A DNA stretch of 32,000 nt, taken from the NCBI RefSeq assembly GCF_000527095.1, contig NZ_AZUN01000001.1, positions 1,239,209-1,271,208 of the forward strand, read 5' to 3'. How positions within the stretch are numbered: position 1 is the first letter of the stretch; every line of letters begins with the position of its first letter. This DNA is from Methylomicrobium lacus LW14 (GTDB lineage Bacteria; Pseudomonadota; Gammaproteobacteria; Methylococcales; Methylomonadaceae). Position numbers and translations under genes: made by a program. Below the pieces are notes generated by a model. It was not told where the DNA came from and made no database searches. It saw only the letters and a program-made list of their open reading frames with translations. Below, piece by piece: positions 8,517 to 16,762 of the stretch.

Positions 8517-8734
8517 ACGTATAAGAGGATGCCCTCAAAGCCAACAAGGATTGCACCCAAAATGTACAACACGCAGGGCTTTTCAGCATCCATTTTATTT
8601 TTCAAACTGTCAAACTTTGCCTTTATCTTGGCTTCCCGGACATAAGCGAACATAAACCCGGAATCACATCGATAGCCGGATGCGATATTTCGAAAGGCTT
8701 CACGGGCTCATCAGCCTTACAAAAATATCCTTAA

Positions 8735-11700
8735 CTAAGCCGCCCACTTCCTACCCTGGCTAGCATAGTCGAGCATCAGGTAGAACACGTTGTCGCACTT
8801 CTCCCGGAATAACACGCGGTCGTAGCTTTCCGGCAGATTAGTGTCCAACACCTTCTCGACGGCAGAGCGCACCTGCTTTTGGGTCTGCGTATCCTTATAC
8901 CAATCCTGTACCAGCACCTTGGGTTGCTCTTCCAACAAACGATGCAATAACGACTTTGCCGCAAGCCTGACGTTCTGCGTTTCTTCCGGCGTCATCCTGT
9001 CTTTCTTCAGCAGATCGAACAGTTCCAGCTCGTCTTCCGACAGACCCTCGCGAATGTGTCGTTTATCCTCCGCGCGCAAATCTTCGGTGAATTTTATCAG
9101 GTCTTCATAATAGTTCTCGGTGGATGAGCCGCCTGAATTGTAGGTATCGATAATCTGTTGCAACCGTTGAGCAAAGTCGGTACGCGTCGCATTCTGTTGC
9201 AGCATCAGCTCAAGCTTGCGTTGCAGGAAAGCACGCAGGTCCGCGATTTCAATGTTCTTGTAAGTCGCCTGCTTGAACTCTTCGCGCAATTTATCGAAGT
9301 TGATTTTACTGAGGTCCCAGGTCTTACCCTTCTGGATGATCTGGTATTCCGCGCTGTACTGGCGCACCTTAAACGCCTCCGAGTCGTTTACTACCACACT
9401 TTCATCCAGCAATTCGGCGATTTTCAAACTGATCTTGTCGATATCTGTCTGCTCGATAAGGCTGTCTATCACCCCACGCAAATACTGGAATGCCGCCACC
9501 TCGCGCACTCGGCTCTGTTTGCCGCGCCCCATAATCTCAGGCTTGCACGCCTCATACAGCGACGAAATGGTGTTCTCATACACGTTGAAGCCCTTGCGCC
9601 ATTCGTCGTTTGCCAGCAAGGCATTGGCAAAGATATTAAAGCGACCCAGTTTTTCGAATACATCGTCGCTGCCCAGAACCTCGCGCAGCGCAACCTCTTT
9701 CTCGTGGCAGAACACCAAACCCTGCTCAATCGCGTCGTCCAGTAGCCGAAACAGTTCCGCCTTTTCCTTGACTGGCGGATCAATCTCATCGCCGCCTTGC
9801 GCGTAATCCTTCAGCGCCAGCTTCATGTTGCGGAACACGTTATAGTAATCCACGATCTCGCCGTTGCGCTTCTCCACACCGTTGATCTTCCACGCCGTGA
9901 CACGGTTGGCTCGGGCGATAGTCTGCATCAGAGTATGACCCTGCATTGGCTTGTCGAGATAGAGCGTCGAAAGCGTGGGCGCGTCAAAGCCCGTCAGCCA
10001 CATCGCGCACACGAACACCAGTTGCAGCGGATCGTTCTCATCCTTGAAGTTGAATTCGATGTCGTGGCCGTGTCCATCCAGCTTGTTCATGCGCTCGCGG
10101 TGCGGCTTGACGTCCAGCTTCTGAGCCTTGAATTTCTTTTCCTCGTCCGCGTCTTCACTGACCACCACCGTCATTTCCACCGAGCGCATGTACTCAACGA
10201 TCTGGCTCAGTCGCCTCTTCTCAATGTCGTTGGCCGATTTACTGATGCGTCCCCGTAACTCTTTAATCTCTTCCTTCCACAACCGTTGTACCTTGTCATA
10301 CATCTTCACGGCGGTGAACTTGTCCACCGACACCACCAGCCCTTTGCCCAGATAGCCGCGCCGGGGAAAGTGATAGACGATGTCCCGCGCAATTTTCTCC
10401 AGCCGGTCGTCGCGCTTGATGACTTCGATCTCTTTGGCAAAACGCTTCTCCAGCTTGGCCTGCTGCGCCTCGTCCAGATTCTCGTCCTCCAGAATCCGGT
10501 AAAACTCCTCGCTCAAGCCCTCGTTCTGGTTCAGCACCTCCGGCACGCGCTTCTCGTAAAACAGCGGCACCGTCGCGCCGTCGTCCATCGACTGCTGGAA
10601 GTTGTATTCGGAAACATAACCGCCGAACCAGGCATTGGTCTTGCGCTCGCGCCCCAACAGCGGCGTGCCGGTGAACGCCAGATAGTTCGCATTGGGCAAG
10701 CCCTTGCGCATGTTCTCCGCCAGCGACTTGTATTGTGTGCGGTGCGCCTCGTCCACGATCACGATGATTTCCTTGCTCGGCGAAAGCTCGGGATATTCCC
10801 TGCCCTTGTCCCAGCGGAATTTCTGAATCAGCGTGAACACCACGCGCTTGTGCTGCCCGAGGAACTTGCGCATCTCCTCGCTGTTCTTGGGCTGCGCGGC
10901 TTCGGCCTCGCTAACCGTGCGGGTGTTCAGAAAGTTGCGGTAAATCTGCCCGTCCAGATCGTCGCGGTCGGTCACCACCACAAAAGTGAAATTGCCGGTC
11001 TGTTTGCGGAAGATTTTGCGCGCATAAAAAATCATCGAAAAACTCTTGCCCGAGCCCTGGGTGTGCCAGAACACGCCCAGCTTGCCCGCCAGCTCATCGC
11101 GCCTGAGGAATGCGTCATAAGCCCGGTTCACGCCGATGAACTGGTGGTTCTGCGCGATGACCTTCGAACTGTCCTTGTAGTAGAGAATGAAATTCTCCAC
11201 GTAGTCCAGCAGCCTCTGTCTTGGCAATAAACCGTCGATCACGCCTTCCAGGCTGATGCCCTGCTCGCGGATCGCGGCGCGGTCGATCTTCTGCTTCTCA
11301 TCATCCGCACGCAGCCAGTTGAAGAAATGCCCCCACTCCGCCGTGATGCTGCCCACCTTGGTCTCGATGGCGTTGGACAGCACGCAAAAGGCATTGGTCA
11401 GGAAAAGCTGCGGAATTTCCGCCTTGTAAGTCGTAAGGTTGTCGTCGTAAGCGTTGCGTAGTTTTATATTGGAATTTTTCAGCTCGATAAACACCAGCGG
11501 AATGCCGTTGACGTAGAGCAACACATCCGGGCGGCGGAAGCCGCGCTCGCCCTTGATCCAGAGCTGGGTAACAGCCAGATAGCGGTTATTTTTTGGTTCG
11601 TTGAAATCCAGCAGCAGCATATGTTCCTGCTGCCGCGCGCCCTGAGCGTCGTCGAATTCCACCGGGATGCCGTCGCGCAGCAGGCCGTAGATTTCCCGGT

Positions 11701-11977
11701 TTGCGGCGATCAGCGTCATCGCCTGCCGCCGGTCGAGCAACTTTTCCAGCGCACTCTCGATGGCCGCTTCCGGGATGGCCGGATTCAGGCGAATCGCGGC
11801 TTCCCGCACCCGCTCCGCCAGAATCACATCGCGCTTGTTGGCGCGGCCTGAGCCGTCGTTCAAATCTTCCGCCTTTTCCGTAAAGCAGTCGAGCACGTCG
11901 AAACCGTGCAGATGCTGGAGCTTCTGCACCAACGCCTGCTCGATCTGATCTTCGGAAATGAAATTAGGCATAGCCAC
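8735..11977 (-). CDS. hsdR: Type I restriction enzyme, R (endonuclease/translocase) subunit
   Basis: 1080-aa ORF with SF2 helicase motifs HTQGSGKS (Walker A), VDEAH, FTGTP and QTIARANR, plus a long C-terminal helical region typical of HsdR. The start is GTG 11977 or, more likely, ATG 11971 (MPNFISED). Confidence 0.95.
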   Translation of the reverse strand: MAMPNFISEDQIEQALVQKLQHLHGFDVLDCFTEKAEDLNDGSGRANKRDVILAERVREAAIRLNPAIPEAAIESALEKLLDRRQAMTLIAANREIYGLLRDGIPVEFDDAQGARQQEHMLLLDFNEPKNNRYLAVTQLWIKGERGFRRPDVLLYVNGIPLVFIELKNSNIKLRNAYDDNLTTYKAEIPQLFLTNAFCVLSNAIETKVGSITAEWGHFFNWLRADDEKQKIDRAAIREQGISLEGVIDGLLPRQRLLDYVENFILYYKDSSKVIAQNHQFIGVNRAYDAFLRRDELAGKLGVFWHTQGSGKSFSMIFYARKIFRKQTGNFTFVVVTDRDDLDGQIYRNFLNTRTVSEAEAAQPKNSEEMRKFLGQHKRVVFTLIQKFRWDKGREYPELSPSKEIIVIVDEAHRTQYKSLAENMRKGLPNANYLAFTGTPLLGRERKTNAWFGGYVSEYNFQQSMDDGATVPLFYEKRVPEVLNQNEGLSEEFYRILEDENLDEAQQAKLEKRFAKEIEVIKRDDRLEKIARDIVYHFPRRGYLGKGLVVSVDKFTAVKMYDKVQRLWKEEIKELRGRISKSANDIEKRRLSQIVEYMRSVEMTVVVSEDADEEKKFKAQKLDVKPHRERMNKLDGHGHDIEFNFKDENDPLQLVFVCAMWLTGFDAPTLSTLYLDKPMQGHTLMQTIARANRVTAWKINGVEKRNGEIVDYYNVFRNMKLALKDYAQGGDEIDPPVKEKAELFRLLDDAIEQGLVFCHEKEVALREVLGSDDVFEKLGRFNIFANALLANDEWRKGFNVYENTISSLYEACKPEIMGRGKQSRVREVAAFQYLRGVIDSLIEQTDIDKISLKIAELLDESVVVNDSEAFKVRQYSAEYQIIQKGKTWDLSKINFDKLREEFKQATYKNIEIADLRAFLQRKLELMLQQNATRTDFAQRLQQIIDTYNSGGSSTENYYEDLIKFTEDLRAEDKRHIREGLSEDELELFDLLKKDRMTPEETQNVRLAAKSLLHRLLEEQPKVLVQDWYKDTQTQKQVRSAVEKVLDTNLPESYDRVLFREKCDNVFYLMLDYASQGRKWAA

Positions 11978-12036
11978 CCCGCAAGCTTTGTGCTAAATTC
12001 AGCCCAGTCTGACCAGAATTATTAACGGAGGCAATC

Positions 12037-12288
12037 ATGCACAGCGAATGGCAACTACAAGAAGCAAAGGGCAACTTCAGCCAGCTCATCAAGCGGGCGG
12101 CGAGCGGTGAAGCGCAAACGGTTACAGTGCATGGCAAGCCAACAGCGGTAGTCGTTTCGGCAGAAGAGTATGCCCGGCTCACCCGCCACCGGACCAAGCT
12201 CTCCAGCGCGCTGCTGCGCCCCGACCTCGCAGCCGAAGACCTGGACATTTCCCGCAGCACGGATCCCGGACGCGACATCGAGCTATGA
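12037..12288 (+). CDS. Type II antitoxin, Phd/YefM family (VapB-like)
   Basis: 83 aa, MHSEWQLQEAKGNFSQLIKRAASGEAQTVTVHGKPTAVVVSAEEYARL, which is the typical Phd/YefM N-terminus. Its stop overlaps the toxin start (ATGA). Confidence 0.88.
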   Translation: MHSEWQLQEAKGNFSQLIKRAASGEAQTVTVHGKPTAVVVSAEEYARLTRHRTKLSSALLRPDLAAEDLDISRSTDPGRDIEL

Positions 12289-12707
12289 GCTGGCTGCTCG
12301 ATACCTGCGCAATTTCCGAATACGCCAAGAAAGCCCCAGCGACTAAAGTGATCTCCTGGCTGGACGAGCAGGACGAAGCCAGCCTGTTCATAAGCGTCAT
12401 CACCCTGGGCGAGATTGAAAAAGGCATTCTCAAGCTGCGCAAAGCCGATCCGCACCGCAGCCAGAAACTTACTGCCTGGCTGGGCACGGTGGAACAACGC
12501 TTCGCCGGACGCATCCTGCCGCTGGATGCCGCAGCGCTTCACGTCTGGGCGCAAATCGCAGCCGGCGCGGAATTGGCCGGGCAACCGATGCCGGTCATGG
12601 ACGGCCTGCTGATGGCCTCCGCCCAATGCCACGGCCTCACCGTGGTCACCCGCAACATGCAGGATTTCGCGCCGTATCCGCAGGTGTTTAATCCTTGGGT
12701 GATGTAA
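12285..12707 (+). CDS. vapC: Type II toxin, PIN-domain ribonuclease VapC family
   Basis: 140 aa with the PIN acidic residues in LLDTCAISE, GEIEKG and MDGLLMASA, and a C-terminal VVTRNMQDF. Confidence 0.9.
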   Translation: MSWLLDTCAISEYAKKAPATKVISWLDEQDEASLFISVITLGEIEKGILKLRKADPHRSQKLTAWLGTVEQRFAGRILPLDAAALHVWAQIAAGAELAGQPMPVMDGLLMASAQCHGLTVVTRNMQDFAPYPQVFNPWVM

Positions 12708-12711
12708 CAGC

Positions 12712-13932
12712 TCAGGCTTCATGGGCAGCCTCCTCCATGCCGGGCGGGAACTGGATGTCGAGATTTTCGACGGAGAGTTTGCCTGAGATGAGGCGGGGAA
12801 GAAGCCTGTCTCTCATCAAGGTGAGATATTCATTTTGCCGTGTGAGAAATCGTTTCATCTCAAACTGGGTGTCTGCAACTTCCTCATACTTCTTGATGAG
12901 TTGAACGGGTGGTAAAAAGAACAGATTCGAGTAAGCTTGGCTGCGATTAAGCCCTGGAACGGCTGCATCATTGTTGATAAAGTTCATCGAACGCAGAAGA
13001 AAATAAAGAAAGCTGTTCGGCAGTTCCGACTTTACGAAATACACCGTATCAATGGGAAAGAACCCGCGTTCAGACCAATATACGCTGCCAACATTTCCCT
13101 TTCGTCCCACGATAAGTCCGGGCGTTTTTACCAGTGCTTCGTTGTGTGTGCCAACCACGCCGCTGGAACCATACACATGAAACTCACCGGGCACTCGGTC
13201 GTCATCTTTCAATGCCTTGCCATAGCAAAGTTCTAGAATTTCCCCCAACTTCTTGATCTCCCAGCCATCCGGCACACCTTTGATAACCTTCACCTTGTCA
13301 TGACCGGGGAAGCGCAGGCGGACAAACCATTCGCGGTAGATTTCCTCGGCCATCTTTTCCAACAGCGCGATGCGCCGATGGTTGTTCTCGATCAAGTCAT
13401 CGTAGACGGAAAGGATGGCAGCAATCTTCTGCTGAATAGGCGGAGGAGGCAGTGGAATCTTGAAGTCACCTATTTGTTTTCCGCTGATGTGCGGAACATT
13501 TACGCCCGTGACTATGGGCTGAATGTAGTCCGAAAAATAACCACTCGAAATCAAGCACCGAAGGTAGGTTTGATTGAGTCCATTCTTAGCCCTCAGCCTT
13601 GAAACACGCTGTACCAACAAAGCTCTTGGATCGTGTTTTTTAATGTATGCCCATTTCAAACCCGCAGTAACCCAAGGTCGATCCATTGCCAGTACAATAT
13701 CGCCGACACGAAGCTCAAACTTGCTGAATGAATCTGCATCTACGATTGACCAGTATTTAGATGCGCTCCAATCGATAAAACCCTGCTGTACGTTCTCACC
13801 TTTAACAAGCGCAACATCCACTGGATTATCTGTGAAGCGTTCGCTCTTAAAAGCAAACCCTGGAAATATATCAGTATAGCGTCCGAGTTTGTCAACATCG
13901 AATTGTGAAATACGACTCCCCATATCACGCAT
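12712..13932 (-). CDS. hsdS: Type I restriction-modification specificity subunit
   Basis: 406 aa with a two-TRD layout and conserved central and C-terminal helices (QQKIAAILSVYDDLIENNHRRIALLEKMAEEIYREWFV and LMRDRLLPRLISGKL). Its start overlaps the hsdM stop by 8 nt (ATGCGTGA). Confidence 0.93.
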   Translation of the reverse strand: MRDMGSRISQFDVDKLGRYTDIFPGFAFKSERFTDNPVDVALVKGENVQQGFIDWSASKYWSIVDADSFSKFELRVGDIVLAMDRPWVTAGLKWAYIKKHDPRALLVQRVSRLRAKNGLNQTYLRCLISSGYFSDYIQPIVTGVNVPHISGKQIGDFKIPLPPPPIQQKIAAILSVYDDLIENNHRRIALLEKMAEEIYREWFVRLRFPGHDKVKVIKGVPDGWEIKKLGEILELCYGKALKDDDRVPGEFHVYGSSGVVGTHNEALVKTPGLIVGRKGNVGSVYWSERGFFPIDTVYFVKSELPNSFLYFLLRSMNFINNDAAVPGLNRSQAYSNLFFLPPVQLIKKYEEVADTQFEMKRFLTRQNEYLTLMRDRLLPRLISGKLSVENLDIQFPPGMEEAAHEA

Positions 13933-15991
13933 TCACAATCAAGTTGAGATTTTGATTGATGACCTTTTCCAAAATTGACGATTCCGAATTCAACGCTGCA
14001 AATTGGTCATTCAAGTTGGCAAGTTCCGCGATAAATTCTTCCTCCGTCTTGCCATCCTCTTCGATCACCACACCGACGTAACGGCCTGGGTTCAGCGAAT
14101 AGTCCTGCTCCTGTAAATCTGCGTGGGTAGCAAGTTTACATAGACCTGTGACATCTTCATATTCCGCCTTGGGGAAACGTTCCTGTAACCAATGGATGTG
14201 CTGGTAGAAAATTTCTGCGCTCTTCACTTCCTTGTGCAATTCTTCCAGTGCGCCCTTAAGCGCATTGGTCTTGCGGTCGGTCGTGCCGCGTTTACCTTCG
14301 GCCTTCGCCTGTTCGGCCTGTTGCTTTTCGCGCTGGCGCACGACCTTGTCCAAATGCTTCAAACCTTCATGCAACGCGGCAAAGAAAGGATCGAACGCCT
14401 CGCGCAATTGCTGCTGCGCCTTGTTCTTCTTGTCCACGGCCATTTCATCCGCGTACTTTTCTTGATATTGCGCGTAGCGGGTCTTAAGTTTTACCAGCCC
14501 CGCCCATTGCTGCACCAGTTCGCCAACGGCCTGCTTGCCAGCAGCATCGTCAAGCACTTCGAGCAGTTGCGCGGAGACGGGTTCGACGTTGGTTTTGTTC
14601 TCGACCAGGCGCTGCATGCCAGCCGCAAAATAGCGGTCTATGAGCTGGACGAATTTCTCGCGCCGCCCCTTGTGCAACTGGCTGATGATGGCGATGTTCT
14701 GGATATGTTCTTCGCTGAATTCGCGGTGGGCGCGGTCTATCTGGGTATAGATGTTGCGCGCGTCGATGAACAGGATTTTGTCGTCGGTCTTGGCTTTGTC
14801 GAAGAACCACAGTGTGGCCGGGAGCGTGACGGTGTAGAACATGTTCGAGGGCAGCGTCAGCATGCCGTAGATCAGGTTTTGCTCGATCAGCGTCTGGCGG
14901 ATGTCGGCTTCGGAGTGGCGCGCGTCGGATGCGGAATTCGCCATGACCAGCGCGGCGCGGCCTTGCGCTTTGAGCGAAGTGGCGAACAGGTTGATCCAGA
15001 GGTAGTTACCGTTGGGCACGGTTTCCTTGCCCTCGTCGGCTTTCTTCACTTTCGACTTGTTGCGCGGGATGCCGTAGGTGTTGAAGCGCTTGTCCTTCTC
15101 CACGCTGGACAGGCTCACGTCGTCGACGTTGAACGGGGGATTGGCGAGCACGTAATCGAATGCGCCAAAACTCTGGTACGGGTCTTCATAGTAGGTGTTG
15201 GCCTGCTTGATTTCGCCGCGCAGGCCGTTGACCGCGAGGTTCATCTTGGCGAGGTTGACGGTGTCGCGCGTTTTTTCCTGGCCGCAGACATACACGCCGC
15301 TCTCCGAGCCTTTCAGTTCCTTGCGGTGTTCGGAGATGAACTGGGCGGACTGCACAAACATTCCGCCGGAACCGCAAGCGGGGTCAAACACTTTGCCTCC
15401 GTGCGGCTCGATGATCTCGACCATCAGGCGCACCACGGAGCGCGGCGTGAAAAATTCGCCGCCTTTCTGGCCTTCGCTGCGGGCGAATTCGGATAGGAAG
15501 TATTCGTAAATCTGCCCGAACAAGTCGCCGGTGGCATCGGCGGGTATGTCGGCGAAGGTGCGCAGCAGCGATTGCGGCAGGGTCTTGTCGGTGCGGGTCA
15601 GCGCGGCATATTCGTCCTTGGGCAGCACGCCTTCGAGTTCGGGCTTGTATTCCTCAATGAGCTTCATCGCATTCTTGAGCGCCTTGGCGATGTCTTTTTC
15701 TTCCGGGAGATTCAGCAGGTAGTCGTAACGCGCATGGTCGGGCAAATAGAAGCCGCATTTCTCGATGGCGATTTCCGAAACCGGCTTCTCGCGGCGGGAG
15801 CCTTTAAGTTCCTGGTATTCGGCAATTATTTCCGCCTCATGGCGGCGATAGTTATTGTCGGCAAACTTGAGGAAGATCAGCCCCAGCACCGGGGTCGAGT
15901 ATTCGCTGGATTTTAGGTCGGAGTTCGCGCGCAGCTTGTCTGCCGCGCTCCACAAATCGGCTTCAAGCTTTTTGAGTTGGTCTTTGTTCAT
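13925..15991 (-). CDS. hsdM: Type I restriction-modification N6-adenine DNA methyltransferase subunit
   Basis: 688 aa with an HsdM N-terminal domain (LWSAADKLRANSDLKSSEYSTPVLGLIFLKF), the SAM motif FDPACGSGGM, the catalytic NPPF (VLANPPFNV), and a C-terminal extension of about 220 aa. Confidence 0.95.
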   Translation of the reverse strand: MNKDQLKKLEADLWSAADKLRANSDLKSSEYSTPVLGLIFLKFADNNYRRHEAEIIAEYQELKGSRREKPVSEIAIEKCGFYLPDHARYDYLLNLPEEKDIAKALKNAMKLIEEYKPELEGVLPKDEYAALTRTDKTLPQSLLRTFADIPADATGDLFGQIYEYFLSEFARSEGQKGGEFFTPRSVVRLMVEIIEPHGGKVFDPACGSGGMFVQSAQFISEHRKELKGSESGVYVCGQEKTRDTVNLAKMNLAVNGLRGEIKQANTYYEDPYQSFGAFDYVLANPPFNVDDVSLSSVEKDKRFNTYGIPRNKSKVKKADEGKETVPNGNYLWINLFATSLKAQGRAALVMANSASDARHSEADIRQTLIEQNLIYGMLTLPSNMFYTVTLPATLWFFDKAKTDDKILFIDARNIYTQIDRAHREFSEEHIQNIAIISQLHKGRREKFVQLIDRYFAAGMQRLVENKTNVEPVSAQLLEVLDDAAGKQAVGELVQQWAGLVKLKTRYAQYQEKYADEMAVDKKNKAQQQLREAFDPFFAALHEGLKHLDKVVRQREKQQAEQAKAEGKRGTTDRKTNALKGALEELHKEVKSAEIFYQHIHWLQERFPKAEYEDVTGLCKLATHADLQEQDYSLNPGRYVGVVIEEDGKTEEEFIAELANLNDQFAALNSESSILEKVINQNLNLIVNA

Positions 15992-16069
15992 GAATTCCGT
16001 ATATTTTATTTGTCCGGATCGAGCGATAAAACTGCTGTTGAATTATTTCAATAATCGATGCTTCATATA

Positions 16070-16100
16070 AAATAAGGGAAGACTCCCTTTTCCCTTATTT
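16070..16100 (-). terminator. Hairpin terminator downstream of ssb (possibly bidirectional)
   Basis: AAATAAGGG pairs with CCCTTATTT as a perfect 9-bp stem, flanked by A/T runs, about 30 nt after the ssb stop. Confidence 0.5.
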
Positions 16101-16128
16101 ATCTTATAGCATTAGTCTCAGGTATCCT

Positions 16129-16626
16129 CTAGAACGGAATGTCGTCGTCAAAATCATCGTAATTAGATGGAGACGGAGACGGCGGCATCGAGCCCGAAGA
16201 CGTCGGCGCATCCGATCTTGCTGCTGGAGCCGACGGCCGGCTCGAAGACGCATAACCCGATTGCGGTTGATCGCCGCCAAAGCTGGCGGTGCCGCCACTG
16301 CGGCTATCTAACATATGCATTTCTTCCGCGACGATTTCGGTCGTGTAACGGTCTTGTCCGTCCTGTCCTTGCCACTTCTGGGTCCGGATGCGGCCTTCAA
16401 CATAGACCTGACTGCCTTTTTTCAGATATTCGCTCGCAATTTCGGCGAGACGGCTAAAAAACACCACGCGGTGCCATTCGGTCTCTTCCTTGCGTTCATT
16501 CGTCTGTTTATCCCGCCATCTTCGGCTGGTGGCCAGGCGAATGGTCGTGACCTGACCGCCGCTCGGCAGGAAGCGAACTTCAGGATCGACCCCCAACCTT
16601 CCTATCAACATAACTTTATTCAGCAT
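16129..16626 (-). CDS. ssb: Single-stranded DNA-binding protein
   Basis: 165 aa with the OB-fold N-terminus [24 protein letters not shown]...TEWHRVVFF, a Gly/Ser/Pro-rich linker and the acidic tail DDFDDDIPF. Confidence 0.97.
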   Translation of the reverse strand: MLNKVMLIGRLGVDPEVRFLPSGGQVTTIRLATSRRWRDKQTNERKEETEWHRVVFFSRLAEIASEYLKKGSQVYVEGRIRTQKWQGQDGQDRYTTEIVAEEMHMLDSRSGGTASFGGDQPQSGYASSSRPSAPAARSDAPTSSGSMPPSPSPSNYDDFDDDIPF

Positions 16627-16762
16627 CTTTTACTCCCAATGAATTTTCCCAATGCGGCTGACAGCGCACCGGGTTACCTCGAATTTTGATAAAATAACAG
16701 TATATCAAATCAAGGGCGCTTGCCCTTCATAATCATCACCGACTCTTTTATCTTCCGACTAG

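Noticed and set aside
7887-8655. Short ORFs translating as ...PFVLSLSKDER..., ...SFDKLRTNGENG..., ...PFVVSLSDHERNQ...
   Set aside because: These peptides are read-through translations of the palindromic hairpin elements in various frames and strands, not genes.
10286-11230. 314-aa + strand ORF inside hsdR, along with 9158..9806 and 9797..10258
   Set aside because: These are antisense frames of a well-supported hsdR CDS. The composition is Leu/Arg/Val/His-rich, typical of reverse-frame artefacts, and there are no motifs.
11964-12722. 252-aa minus-strand ORF spanning the entire vapBC region and bridging hsdS to hsdR
   Set aside because: It is tempting as a linker gene, but its translation is Arg/Ala/Gly/Ser-rich with no motifs. 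The opposite strand encodes a textbook Phd/YefM-PIN pair with an ATGA overlap.
14192-15496. 434-aa + strand ORF inside hsdM
   Set aside because: It is antisense to hsdM, which carries the NPPF and FDPACGSGG motifs. The sequence is low-complexity and shows no start or ribosome-binding context.
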